Below, one piece after another: positions 28,717 through 37,638 of a DNA stretch of 52,280 bases. Source of the DNA: Candidatus Eiseniibacteriota bacterium (GTDB taxonomy: Bacteria > Eisenbacteria > RBG-16-71-46 > JABDJR01 > JAWXBZ01); assembly GCA_034440375.1 (NCBI GenBank), contig JAWXBZ010000041.1, forward strand, positions 1-52,280, given 5' to 3'. The position numbers and the translations under genes were made by a program. Below the pieces are notes generated by a model. It did no database searches. It saw nothing but the letters and a program-made list of their open reading frames with translations, and was not told where the DNA came from. Position 1 is the stretch's first letter, and every line of letters starts with the position of its first letter.

Positions 28717-29652
28717 TCAGATGAAAAGCGAACTCAGCGATTCTTCCTCGTGAATGCGCCGGATGGCCTCGCCCAGGAGCATTCCGACGGACAGAACCGT
28801 GATCTTGCCCGACAGTTCAGCCGCCGGGTGGTGAATCGTGTCGGTGACGACCAGCTCTTCGAGGGCCGAATCTTCTATTCGCGCCGAGGTATCCGGCGCA
28901 AAAACCGCATGCGTGACAGCGGCGAAAATCTTCTTCGCCCCCCGCTTCCGAATGGCCGCCGCGGCCTTCACGAGGGTCGAGCCGGTGGAAATGATGTCGT
29001 CGAAGATGACCACGTTCTGGTCGGCCACGTCGCCGATGATGTTCATGACCTCGATTTCGTCGGCCTTCGGCCGCCGCTTGTCGACAAGGGCGAGTCCGGC
29101 CCCCAGGCGCTGGGCGTAAGCCCGGGCCATCTTGACCGAACCGATATCCGGCGCCACGACCACGAAATCGCTTGGCAGGCGGCTCTTCAGGTGGTCGATG
29201 AATACCGGCGACGCGAACAGATGATCGAACGGAATGTCGAAAAATCCCTGGATCTGCGGCGAATGAAGATCCATCGTGAGGATTCGGTCGGCGCCGGCCG
29301 TCGAAATGAGGTTGGCCATCAGCTTGGCCGTGATGGCCACGCGGGGCTGGTCCTTGCGGTCCTGCCGCGCGTACCCGAAATACGGGATGACGGCGGTAAC
29401 CCGCCGGGGTGAGGCGCGGCGGACCGCGTCCAGCATGACGAGGAGTTCGATGATGTTCGAGGCCGGCGAGTTGGTTGGCTGGATGACGAACACATCGGTG
29501 CCGCGCACATTTTCGTCGATCTTGACGTTGACCTCGCCATCCGAAAACGTGGTGACGGTGGCGTCACCCAGGGGGCGCTTGAGCGAACGCGCGATTTCCT
29601 GGGCCAGCGGCCGGTTGGCATTGCCGCTGAAGACCTTGATCATGGTTTCCAC
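28717..29652 (-). CDS. prs: Ribose-phosphate pyrophosphokinase
   Basis: FSGNAN, FSDGE, PYFGYARQDRK, DLHSPQIQGFF, DDIISTGST. Start is GTG 29652 (after GAGGAG) or ATG 29643. Confidence 0.95.
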   Translation of the reverse strand: METMIKVFSGNANRPLAQEIARSLKRPLGDATVTTFSDGEVNVKIDENVRGTDVFVIQPTNSPASNIIELLVMLDAVRRASPRRVTAVIPYFGYARQDRKDQPRVAITAKLMANLISTAGADRILTMDLHSPQIQGFFDIPFDHLFASPVFIDHLKSRLPSDFVVVAPDIGSVKMARAYAQRLGAGLALVDKRRPKADEIEVMNIIGDVADQNVVIFDDIISTGSTLVKAAAAIRKRGAKKIFAAVTHAVFAPDTSARIEDSALEELVVTDTIHHPAAELSGKITVLSVGMLLGEAIRRIHEEESLSSLFI

Positions 29653-29729
29653 GAAAACACTCCTCTCCCCTGGTAAACGGCAATGAAAAGCCGCCCGCCA
29701 TGCGGGGACGTTCATGAACCTGTCGGAAC

Positions 29730-29804
<75 letters not shown>

Positions 29805-29904
29805 ACGCGGTGATCAGAGGACCGCGGGTCGCGGATTGGATTCGACCATGGATCGGGACGCTGCTTGTATTCGTCGATTTCACCAAGGACCCGGCCGCGA
29901 ACGG

Positions 29905-30174
29905 CTAGGCCGGTTGGTTCATCTTCTCTTTTTCGTACTCGATAATGATCTGGTCCTCCAGAAACTGTCGAAAGTCCACGTTGATGGGATGGGCCACGTC
30001 CTGGTACGTGCCGTCAGGCTTCTTGCGCGACGGAATGGCCACGAACAGATGCCCGTCCTTCCCCTCGATGATCTTCATGCCTCGCACGACAAAAGCATCG
30101 TCGAACGTGACACTGACAAAGGCCTTCAGCTTGTCGTCGCTGCGCAGTGCGATTCGGATCTCGGTTATCTGCAC
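29905..30174 (-). CDS. spoVG: SpoVG family nucleic-acid-binding protein
   Basis: ITEIRI, KLKAFVSVTFDDAFVVRG.KIIEG, FVA.PSRK..DG.Y.DVAHPI. Confidence 0.92.
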   Translation of the reverse strand: MQITEIRIALRSDDKLKAFVSVTFDDAFVVRGMKIIEGKDGHLFVAIPSRKKPDGTYQDVAHPINVDFRQFLEDQIIIEYEKEKMNQPA

Positions 30175-30178
30175 CCGG

Positions 30179-31081
30179 TCACCCACCTTCTACCACGACA
30201 CCGCTTGAAACCGATCGACACAGATCCGCGCTCCAGCCCCGACGGATGACCCGGTTACGGGCCCGACGAGCCATTTCGCGGGTGGCGAAGATTCCGAACA
30301 CGGACGCTCCGCTCCCCGTCAGCAAAGCAACCCGGGCGCCCAGGGACGTCAGAAGCCGCTTGCGTTCAGTGATGTCCGGCACGTCAGGCACCAGGCCAGC
30401 TTCTAGGTTGTTCTCCAGATGCGCAAGATCGGTCCGTGACAGCGAACCGCCCTCAGCCAGCGCCAGAATATTAGGTGGGGGCTTTGAACCTGTCAACTCC
30501 CTTTCGTATCGTGAGTAAGCCCATCCGGTATCAATGCGCTGGCGGCCGTGCACCACCACGAATTCAAATCGCGTTCGAGTAATCAGTGGTCTGAGTCGAG
30601 TCCCTCGACCCCGGCCAAGCTGGAGCCCCCCCTGCAGAAAGAACGGAACGTCCGATCCGATTCCCGCGCCGATCCGGGCCAGCTGGCGGTGGGAGAGCCC
30701 GGTCCCCCACAAGCGGTCGAGGAGGACCAGCGCCGCGGCGGCATCACTCGACCCCCCACCCAGTCCGGCACCCCAGGGGATCCTCTTTTGGAGCTCGAAC
30801 TCGGCACCGGCCGTGACGCCGGTTTCGGCTGCCAGCGCCAGGGCCGCCCGAATGATCAGGTTCGTCTGGTCTGTCGCCAGTTCCCTGGCATCTGCTGTCA
30901 GTCGAAGGCCGTGCTTTCGAGGCCGGACCATAAGCCGGTCGTAAAGATCGATGGCCTGGAAGAGGGTGACCAGATCGTGATAACCGTCCCGGCGACGCCT
31001 CGTAATCCAGAGCCCCAGGTTGAGCTTGGCCGGCGCGCGCGCGACGAGCGCCCCCTGGGCCGGGAGCCGGGCTCGACTCAC
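30179..31081 (-). CDS. ispE: 4-diphosphocytidyl-2-C-methyl-D-erythritol kinase
   Basis: APAKLNL.L, DGYH, KRIP.GAGLGGGSSDAA, GSDVPFF, TGSGASVFG. GTG 31081 overlaps the upstream stop. Confidence 0.93.
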   Translation of the reverse strand: MSRARLPAQGALVARAPAKLNLGLWITRRRRDGYHDLVTLFQAIDLYDRLMVRPRKHGLRLTADARELATDQTNLIIRAALALAAETGVTAGAEFELQKRIPWGAGLGGGSSDAAAALVLLDRLWGTGLSHRQLARIGAGIGSDVPFFLQGGLQLGRGRGTRLRPLITRTRFEFVVVHGRQRIDTGWAYSRYERELTGSKPPPNILALAEGGSLSRTDLAHLENNLEAGLVPDVPDITERKRLLTSLGARVALLTGSGASVFGIFATREMARRARNRVIRRGWSADLCRSVSSGVVVEGG

Positions 31082-31980
31082 CGGAGAGGTGGCGCCCCAC
31101 GATAAATGACCCAGAAGACCGAGCCGACCCACCCGGCGATCGTGAGTGCCAGGGGAAGATCGGTCAGCAAAATTTCGGAGGGGCTTCCACCGCTTTTCCG
31201 CTCGTAAATCAAGTACAGGTATCGAAAGACCCCATAGACAACGAAAGGGATCGAGTAGACCAGGTTCGTCGTGTGAAACTTGCTGACCGTTTCGGGACTG
31301 ACGGTGTAGATGGCATAGGCCAGCATCGCGCCGGCGGTGACGATACTGATGAGCGTGTCGAGGTAGCGCTCCGAGTACTCGGCCAGCGTCGGACGGTGAT
31401 CGCCGGCGTCTTCAGCCAGGAGGTTCAGCTCGTGGCGTCGCTTTCCAAAGCCGAGGAAAAGTGCCAGGAACAGGGTGCAGACCAGGAGCCACGGCGAGAT
31501 GGTGATCGTCGGATCCAGCTCCTTGAGCGCCTCGATGCCGGCGATGGCCCGCACTTCGAATGACAGAGCGATGGCCATGACGTCGAGGATGACCATCTCC
31601 TTCAGTACAAACGAATAGAGTGCGTTGAGCAGCACGAAAATGATCGCCACGGGAATGAAAAAGTGTCCCAGTCCGATGGCAAGACCCATTCCACCCACCA
31701 GCAGGGTGAGGCACCAGGCGATTCCGATGCGGCGGGACATGTGCCCCGAGGCCAGCGGCCGGTTCTTCTTGCGAGGGTGGCGACGGTCGCGTTCCAGATC
31801 GACGAGGTCATTCAACACGTAGATGAACGACGATAGAAGGCAGAATGACGCGAATGCGATGAGGCTTCGGACGAGGTAACCGGGCTCGAGCAGATGGTGT
31901 GCGAAAACGAGGCCGGCGAAAAGGATCAGGTTCTTCGTGTACTGCCAGGGGCGGGCTTCGATGAGGAGATTTTTCAGCAT
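31078..31980 (-). CDS. UbiA-family polyprenyl-phosphate phosphoribosyltransferase (DPPR synthase-like)
   Basis: RPWQYTKN, YVLNDLVD.ERDRRHP.KKNRPLASG, YSF.LK, KRRHEL, HRPTL..YS, GGSPSEILLTD. Confidence 0.88.
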   Translation of the reverse strand: MLKNLLIEARPWQYTKNLILFAGLVFAHHLLEPGYLVRSLIAFASFCLLSSFIYVLNDLVDLERDRRHPRKKNRPLASGHMSRRIGIAWCLTLLVGGMGLAIGLGHFFIPVAIIFVLLNALYSFVLKEMVILDVMAIALSFEVRAIAGIEALKELDPTITISPWLLVCTLFLALFLGFGKRRHELNLLAEDAGDHRPTLAEYSERYLDTLISIVTAGAMLAYAIYTVSPETVSKFHTTNLVYSIPFVVYGVFRYLYLIYERKSGGSPSEILLTDLPLALTIAGWVGSVFWVIYRGAPPLR

Positions 31981-32621
31981 CCGCCAGCCGCGAATCCCGG
32001 ACGTGGGGCCGTGGAGCCTTCCGGAAACAGTCGTTCCTCGACCAGTTCGCACAGAAGGTGGCCGATGGCAATGTGCCCCTCCTGGATCCGCGGCGTGTCG
32101 GTCGAGGGGACCAGGAGGATCCGGTCGCAATGAGAGGCCAGTTCACCGCCAACGGCGCCGGTCAGGCCGATCACGGAAATTCCCATTGACCGGGCCGCCC
32201 GGGCCGCCCGGACGACGTTCCTCGAGTTGCCGCTGGTGGTGATGGCCAGGAGGATGTCGCCCGGTCGTCCGAGTGCCTCGACCTGCCGGCTGAATATTTC
32301 CTCGTAGGCGAAGTCATTGCCGATGGCGGTCAGCATGGAACTGTTCACGGTGAGCGCCACGGCCGGCAGTCCCGGCCGCTTCCGATAGAATTTCCCCCCC
32401 AGCTCGGCAACGATGTGCTGGGCGTCGGAGGCCGAACCGCCATTGCCGCAGCAAAGAAGCGTTCCGCCCCGGGCCAGTGAATCGTGCAGGAGGGATGCGG
32501 CCAGCGCCACTTCCTCTGCCATCCCGGCAGCCATTGAATCGAACAGCCGGGACGACTCCCGGAACGCGGCCGCGACCCGATCGCGATCGACGGGGCGCAT
32601 CCCGGTTCCGTCGTGGCTCAT
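31974..32621 (-). CDS. gmhA: D-sedoheptulose-7-phosphate isomerase
   Basis: CGNGGSASDAQH..AEL, AIGNDF, FSRQVEALG, TTSGNS.NV, TPRIQEGHI..GH. Confidence 0.93.
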   Translation of the reverse strand: MSHDGTGMRPVDRDRVAAAFRESSRLFDSMAAGMAEEVALAASLLHDSLARGGTLLCCGNGGSASDAQHIVAELGGKFYRKRPGLPAVALTVNSSMLTAIGNDFAYEEIFSRQVEALGRPGDILLAITTSGNSRNVVRAARAARSMGISVIGLTGAVGGELASHCDRILLVPSTDTPRIQEGHIAIGHLLCELVEERLFPEGSTAPRPGFAAGGC

Positions 32622-33484
32622 GCCGATTCCATGAAGCGGCCACCGGTCGAGGCGGCGTACTCCGGCAGTGTTTCCAGCCAGGGGCGCATCCGATAGTCGA
32701 GGGACTGCTCGAGCACGAAGTTACGGAGTGCCGAGTAGGCCGGACGCGGCGCCGGGCGAACGAAATGCTCACTGGTGGTCGGCCGCACGACACCCGACGG
32801 ATAGCCGAAGGTGCGGGCCACCTCGCGGGCAAACTCGTACCAGGATGTGGGGCCGGAATTCACGGCATGGTAGGTGCCATGAAGGCCCGAGGTCACGATC
32901 CGTGCGATTGCCAGGGAGAGATCCCCCGCCCAGGTTGGATTTCCGATCTGGTCGGTGACCACGTCGACCCCATCCTTCTCCCGCAGGAGCCTGAGGATCG
33001 TCTCGGGAAAGCATGGGCCACCGGCGCCAAACAGCCAGGCGCTTCGAACGATGTAGTAACGGTCGTGCAGATAGCGGACGTACTGCTCGCCAGCCCACTT
33101 CGATCGTCCGTATGCGCTGGTCGGGTTCGTCGGATCGTATTCGAGATAGGGTTCGTGCTTCGTTCCATCGAAGACATAGTCGGTGGAGATGAATGCGAAC
33201 GCCGCTCCGGCCTCCCGGGCCGCCAGGACCATGTTCCGCGTGCCGAGCGCGTTCACCCGGTAGGCCCGGTCGGGGTCCGCTTCGCAGGCATCGACGGCCG
33301 TCCAGGCGGCGGCATGAATGACGAGCTCGGCGCGACACCCGTCCACGGCCTGACGGGCGGATGCGGGTTCCGTGATGTCATGGTCCGGCAGCGAGCATCC
33401 GTGAACCTGGTGTCCGGCGGCGGCAAGAACCGGCACCAGTTCCGTGCCCAGAAGCCCGGTATGTCCCGTCACAAGGATGCGCAT
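32618..33484 (-). CDS. rfbD: dTDP-4-dehydrorhamnose reductase
   Basis: ILVTG..G.LG, HAAAWTAVD.CE, ISTDYVFDG, YGRSK, DQIGNPT, APRPAYS.L. Confidence 0.93.
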   Translation of the reverse strand: MRILVTGHTGLLGTELVPVLAAAGHQVHGCSLPDHDITEPASARQAVDGCRAELVIHAAAWTAVDACEADPDRAYRVNALGTRNMVLAAREAGAAFAFISTDYVFDGTKHEPYLEYDPTNPTSAYGRSKWAGEQYVRYLHDRYYIVRSAWLFGAGGPCFPETILRLLREKDGVDVVTDQIGNPTWAGDLSLAIARIVTSGLHGTYHAVNSGPTSWYEFAREVARTFGYPSGVVRPTTSEHFVRPAPRPAYSALRNFVLEQSLDYRMRPWLETLPEYAASTGGRFMESA

Positions 33485-33512
33485 CGGATTCCACCCACCG
33501 GCCCCGGGCCGG

Positions 33513-34580
33513 TCAGAATACCTCGATCTGGCTGGAGTCGCCGACCATCAGGCGATAGGCCTGCGGGAGGCGGTCCGGTTGACGCGTCACGATGACATTC
33601 CGGCCGATGAGGCTTGATTCCATCCGCCGGCGGAGCCCGGTGATGGACGACCCCTCAAGGATGATGGAGTGCTCGACTTCGCTGTCGATGACCCGGCACT
33701 GGTCGGCGATGGAGGTGAACGGCCCCACGAAGGCCGATTTGATGATGCAATCCCGGCCAATGACGATGGGACCGCGGAGGGTCGAACCAACGACCGTTGT
33801 TCCTTTTCCAATGACGACCTCCCCTTCCACCCGGGTATCGTCCGAGACCTCTCCCTCGATATTCTTGTGGAGCCCCGACAGGATGATCCGATTCGCCTCG
33901 AGCATGTCCTCGAGCTTGCCCGTGTCCTTCCACCAGCCGGTGATGACATGGGAGCGAACGTCATACTTCGCGTCGATCAGATACTGGATGGCATCGGTGA
34001 TCTCCAGCTCATTCCGCGGGGATGGCTTGATGGCGTGCACCGCCTCGAAAATGTGCGAGTCGAACATGTAGACACCGACCAGGGCCAGGTTGGAGCGTGG
34101 CTCCCTCGGCTTCTCCTCGAGCCGCACGATCTTGTCGCCGGCCAGCTCGGCCACGCCGAACTCCTGCGGATTCTTGACCTCGGCCAGCAGAATCTGGCTG
34201 TTCGGCTTCTCGCGACGAAATTCTTCGACGAGACCGGTGATGCCGTCCTTGATCAGGTTGTCCCCCAGGAACATCACGAAGGAATCGTCCTTGAGGAATG
34301 GTTCGGAGATCAGAACGGCATGGGCCAGGCCCAGCGGATCCTGCTGATGAATGTACGTGACCTTGACCCCGAAGGCCGATCCGTCGCCGACGGCGGCCTT
34401 GATCTCCTCACGTGTATCCCCCACGACGATGCCGATATCGGTAATGCCGGAGTCGCGGATGGCCTCAATGCCGTAGAAGAGGATCGGCTTGTTGGCCACC
34501 GGCACCAGTTGCTTGGCGCTGGTGTGCGTGATGGGGCGAAGGCGAGTACCGCGTCCCCCGGAGAGGATCAAGGCTTTGAT
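33513..34580 (-). CDS. rfbA: Glucose-1-phosphate thymidylyltransferase (long form)
   Basis: GG.GTRLRPITHTSAKQLVPVANKP, LGDN, EEKP, ELEITDA, WKDTG. Start inferred at ATC 34580 giving (M)KALILSGG. Confidence 0.92.
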   Translation of the reverse strand: MKALILSGGRGTRLRPITHTSAKQLVPVANKPILFYGIEAIRDSGITDIGIVVGDTREEIKAAVGDGSAFGVKVTYIHQQDPLGLAHAVLISEPFLKDDSFVMFLGDNLIKDGITGLVEEFRREKPNSQILLAEVKNPQEFGVAELAGDKIVRLEEKPREPRSNLALVGVYMFDSHIFEAVHAIKPSPRNELEITDAIQYLIDAKYDVRSHVITGWWKDTGKLEDMLEANRIILSGLHKNIEGEVSDDTRVEGEVVIGKGTTVVGSTLRGPIVIGRDCIIKSAFVGPFTSIADQCRVIDSEVEHSIILEGSSITGLRRRMESSLIGRNVIVTRQPDRLPQAYRLMVGDSSQIEVF

Positions 34581-34696
34581 GGGTCACTCCTCCCCTTGAG
34601 TCGGTCCGGGTCACCCGGAGGCAGCGGGTCACACGGGGCTTCGACCGGTTCGCACGAGTCGAAACACCTTGCCGCCTTACTTGAACGAACGGCGCT

Positions 34697-34726
34697 AACA
34701 TATCACTGGAGAACATCTTGTGTCAA
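34697..34726 (-). promoter_or_regulatory. Sigma70-type promoter for the rfbA operon
   Basis: Minus strand TTGACA-N18-TATGTT with extended -10 TG, about 110 nt upstream of rfbA. Confidence 0.6.
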
Positions 34727-34750
34727 TTCAACTGGTCATGGAATTGGAAC

Positions 34751-35665
34751 TCAGTGCGCCTCCAGGTCGATGGTCTGGCTCCGCCCGGCCAGTGTCAGCG
34801 TGGCCAGGGCATCGCAGGCTCCGTCTCCAAAATCGAGGCGGGCGTTCAGTGGGGGTTCCCGCCGCTCGATGGTCAGGCTGCCGGCCACCGGCCATCGGCA
34901 GGTGCTGACCACGAGGAGGTGATCCCCCGGGACCACCTCCACGTCGTAGATGGCGCCGGACTTGAAACTGAGCGTATTCACGACGCCCGTCCCTTCAATG
35001 CGCCACGAATCATCCGACAGGAGAAGTCGGCTCCCCCCCTTTGACCAGGTGATGCCAAGACAGGAGGTCAATGAGACGCTCCCGTCGGGGCTCACGACAG
35101 TGACATCGCGGGCATCGATCGTGACCGTTGAATCCAGGTAGGAAGCCCCGATGATCCCCTCGACCCGGTACTCGCCGGTCGTCAGGGAATGGGCCGTCAG
35201 TGTGCCGTTTCGCTGACCGGGTGAGACGTTGAGTTCGGCGTAGCCGGAGTGGGTAACACCGGTGAGTTCCGAGGTGCAGCCACTATCGCCATACACCATG
35301 AAAATCCGAAGCTCGGTGAGCATGACGCCGACGGAAAGGTCCGGGCAGTCCAGGCCGTACTCATGAGAGGGTGCGAGCGGGATTGGCGGCAGGCGATCGG
35401 TACCGCGCACGATGGTGGTGGGAAGCACTCTCGACGGCCGTCCCGCTCCGTGCCGCCCGGCATCGAAATCCAGGGCGGCGGTGTTGGCCAGCAGCGCGGC
35501 ATCGATCGACCGCCAGAGGGTGATGCCGGCATTCTTGACGGCCGTCCCGTCGACAGTTGTACCCCCATCGTCATCATCGCTGCACCCGAAAAACAGAAAG
35601 GCGGCGGCGGCCAGGAGCAACCGGCCCACGGAACGGAATCGTCCTGGTTTCAACATTGAAATCAT
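34751..35665 (-). CDS. Hypothetical lipoprotein
   Basis: Lipobox FFGC-SDDDD; Cys pairs; C-terminal CRWP..G...LDFGDGACD..AT pattern reminiscent of Bacteroidetes-type beta-rich lipoproteins. Confidence 0.72.
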   Translation of the reverse strand: MISMLKPGRFRSVGRLLLAAAAFLFFGCSDDDDGGTTVDGTAVKNAGITLWRSIDAALLANTAALDFDAGRHGAGRPSRVLPTTIVRGTDRLPPIPLAPSHEYGLDCPDLSVGVMLTELRIFMVYGDSGCTSELTGVTHSGYAELNVSPGQRNGTLTAHSLTTGEYRVEGIIGASYLDSTVTIDARDVTVVSPDGSVSLTSCLGITWSKGGSRLLLSDDSWRIEGTGVVNTLSFKSGAIYDVEVVPGDHLLVVSTCRWPVAGSLTIERREPPLNARLDFGDGACDALATLTLAGRSQTIDLEAH

Positions 35666-35719
35666 CCCCGCAGGAAATAGCCCGGCGATCGAGTAACCAA
35701 CCGGACACGAGACCAAGAC

Positions 35720-37231
35720 CTAGCGGGAGGCCAGTGGGGACGCCGGCGCATTGACATCATATCCCGCCCAGAGTGCGTTGGCTTTGGACCAGGACAAGAC
35801 ACCGGACTGGCGCCCCATGGTCCGGCTGACCAGGTCCCCCTCCTCGTAGTGGATGCCACCGTATCGGCGCGAGATGCCGGCCTCGTCGGCCGCCTCGCTG
35901 AAGGTGCCCAGGGTGCGGCTGACCGTCACCGACGGGGCGATTCCCGGTTCGACCTTCGAACTGCCCGCCGTGAATGTCCAGGTGAATCCGAAGAGGTCAC
36001 TGCCTGTGAATCGCTTCAGCACTTCGGCAGCGGCGGCACTGAAGGCACTGTGGCCGGAGGTGTACTCGGCGAACGGCGGCGTGGGAAAGAAGGACGGCTG
36101 ATACGGACGCCAGGCCGCGCCGTCCATGTCGACGGTTCCCTGCCCCGGACCTCCCCACGCCCGGATGGTCTGGCCGTTGTACAGGTAGCGGATGCCCGTA
36201 ATGGGTCGGCAAGAGTCATAGACGGCCTTGGCATCCCAGACGGCAATACCGGCGTCGAAGACGGCATTGGTCAGTGCGAAGAACAGCCGAACGTCCTGGT
36301 CCAGCGTGTGATCGTCCCGATCGGAGATCCACTGGGCGAAAAGATTGAAGTGGCCCGGCGGCAGTTCCGAGGAGGGCCCGTCCGCCCAGTACTCGGCGAT
36401 GGCCTTCTGTTCATTCGTCAGGTTGGCTGACATTGTGATGAGTTCCTCGCACTCCTGGCGAAATTTCGTGGACGTGATCGATGCCGGGGCCGGGGGCCGG
36501 AGCATGCCCGGGCTGGTCAGGGCAAAAGGAACGACCCGGCCCCAGTGCGGACAGATGAACCCGGGCGATACGGTCGCTCCGGCGGCATTTTCGAACGTCA
36601 GCGGTTGCCAGCGTGATGGGAAGGGAATTGATGCCAGCGGGGTCGGCACGTCAACCCGGATGGCCGGGTTGTGTGCCACGTAGCCGGTGTAATCGCCATA
36701 GGCTCCGGTGGCCAGGTCACCCAGCTGGTTGGCCCCGTCGAAATGACGGAATGCGATGATCGCGGCCGAGGCGGTATTCCCCACACCGGCCGGCATCGTG
36801 GTATCGATCGAGTTGTCGTCCGGGTCGTAACCAAGTTCGCTCATCCTGGTGCGAAATTTCATCACCTCGGTTGGATACTGATCCGATAGTGCCCGAAACG
36901 CGGCATAGCTGATCGCCATGCTCTTCCGCCCCGCGGAGTATTCATTCGAGGGTCGTCGCAGGTTGTCGCCGAGCATCGTGCCGACGGCACGTTCGTCATA
37001 GGCGGCCCACGCGTCATACATGGCCGTGTGAACAATCGCCAATGCCCTGGCCGCCTGGGGCGGGCCGGGCCGGGCATCCCGGATCGCCTGGATGGCGACC
37101 TGATTCCACTGAATCACGACATTGCTGCCGGCCGGAACCGTCGGGTCGATCGGGTCAGAATCGTCGTCGGAGCATCCCGCGAACAGGAGGGATGCGCACA
37201 GTACAAGGCTCAGCCAGTGGCGATTTGACAT
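35720..37231 (-). CDS. Vanadium-dependent haloperoxidase / PAP2 superfamily lipoprotein
   Basis: Lipobox FAGC-SDDD; WDAK..YD..RP, PPFAEYTSGHS and SRRYGGIH vanadate-binding motifs. Confidence 0.88.
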   Translation of the reverse strand: MSNRHWLSLVLCASLLFAGCSDDDSDPIDPTVPAGSNVVIQWNQVAIQAIRDARPGPPQAARALAIVHTAMYDAWAAYDERAVGTMLGDNLRRPSNEYSAGRKSMAISYAAFRALSDQYPTEVMKFRTRMSELGYDPDDNSIDTTMPAGVGNTASAAIIAFRHFDGANQLGDLATGAYGDYTGYVAHNPAIRVDVPTPLASIPFPSRWQPLTFENAAGATVSPGFICPHWGRVVPFALTSPGMLRPPAPASITSTKFRQECEELITMSANLTNEQKAIAEYWADGPSSELPPGHFNLFAQWISDRDDHTLDQDVRLFFALTNAVFDAGIAVWDAKAVYDSCRPITGIRYLYNGQTIRAWGGPGQGTVDMDGAAWRPYQPSFFPTPPFAEYTSGHSAFSAAAAEVLKRFTGSDLFGFTWTFTAGSSKVEPGIAPSVTVSRTLGTFSEAADEAGISRRYGGIHYEEGDLVSRTMGRQSGVLSWSKANALWAGYDVNAPASPLASR

Positions 37232-37312
37232 GATCATCTCAAGTAATCTCCAGAAGAGTGGTTTCCGTGTCCCGCGTCGCGGGGGAAAGTGCGAACGGTC
37301 CCGCACGTCATT

Positions 37313-37638
37313 CTAACGCCGATCGGTCTCAATTTCGCCGTCGATCGCGGCTGACTTCAACTCCGAATGCCGGATCAGGCCACCCAGGTGACCCACGCGG
37401 AACGTCGTGGCCGAGGTCACGAGTCCCACCAGAAGCACCAGGCAGGACACCAGGTAGGGCACCCGGCCGAAGCGATCCTTCATCCCGGTCAACAAGAGCG
37501 CCACCGCCGCCAGTGTACCGCTTACGAGGAGCAGCCTGAATCCCCAGACGGCAGCCTCCTCGTGCTCATTGATATATCGACCGGGGTCAGGATTACCGGC
37601 AGGTGATTCAGCGCCAGGTGAATCTGCACGGGTGTCAT
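37313..37638 (-). pseudogene. Internally deleted, frameshifted membrane-protein gene (DUF2231-like, H-x4-H-x-P / HEE.A / GG.IRH.E family)
   Basis: ATG 37638 (ATGA overlap with alaS) gives MTPVQIHLALNHLPVILTPV, joined out of frame near 37578 to YINEHEEAA...GHLGGLIRHSEL; 326 nt in total. Confidence 0.75.

Noticed and set aside
34581-34690. ops/JUMPstart or riboswitch in the rfbA leader
   Set aside because: GGCGGCAAGGTG is only a partial ops match and the two short hairpins match no family I recognise.
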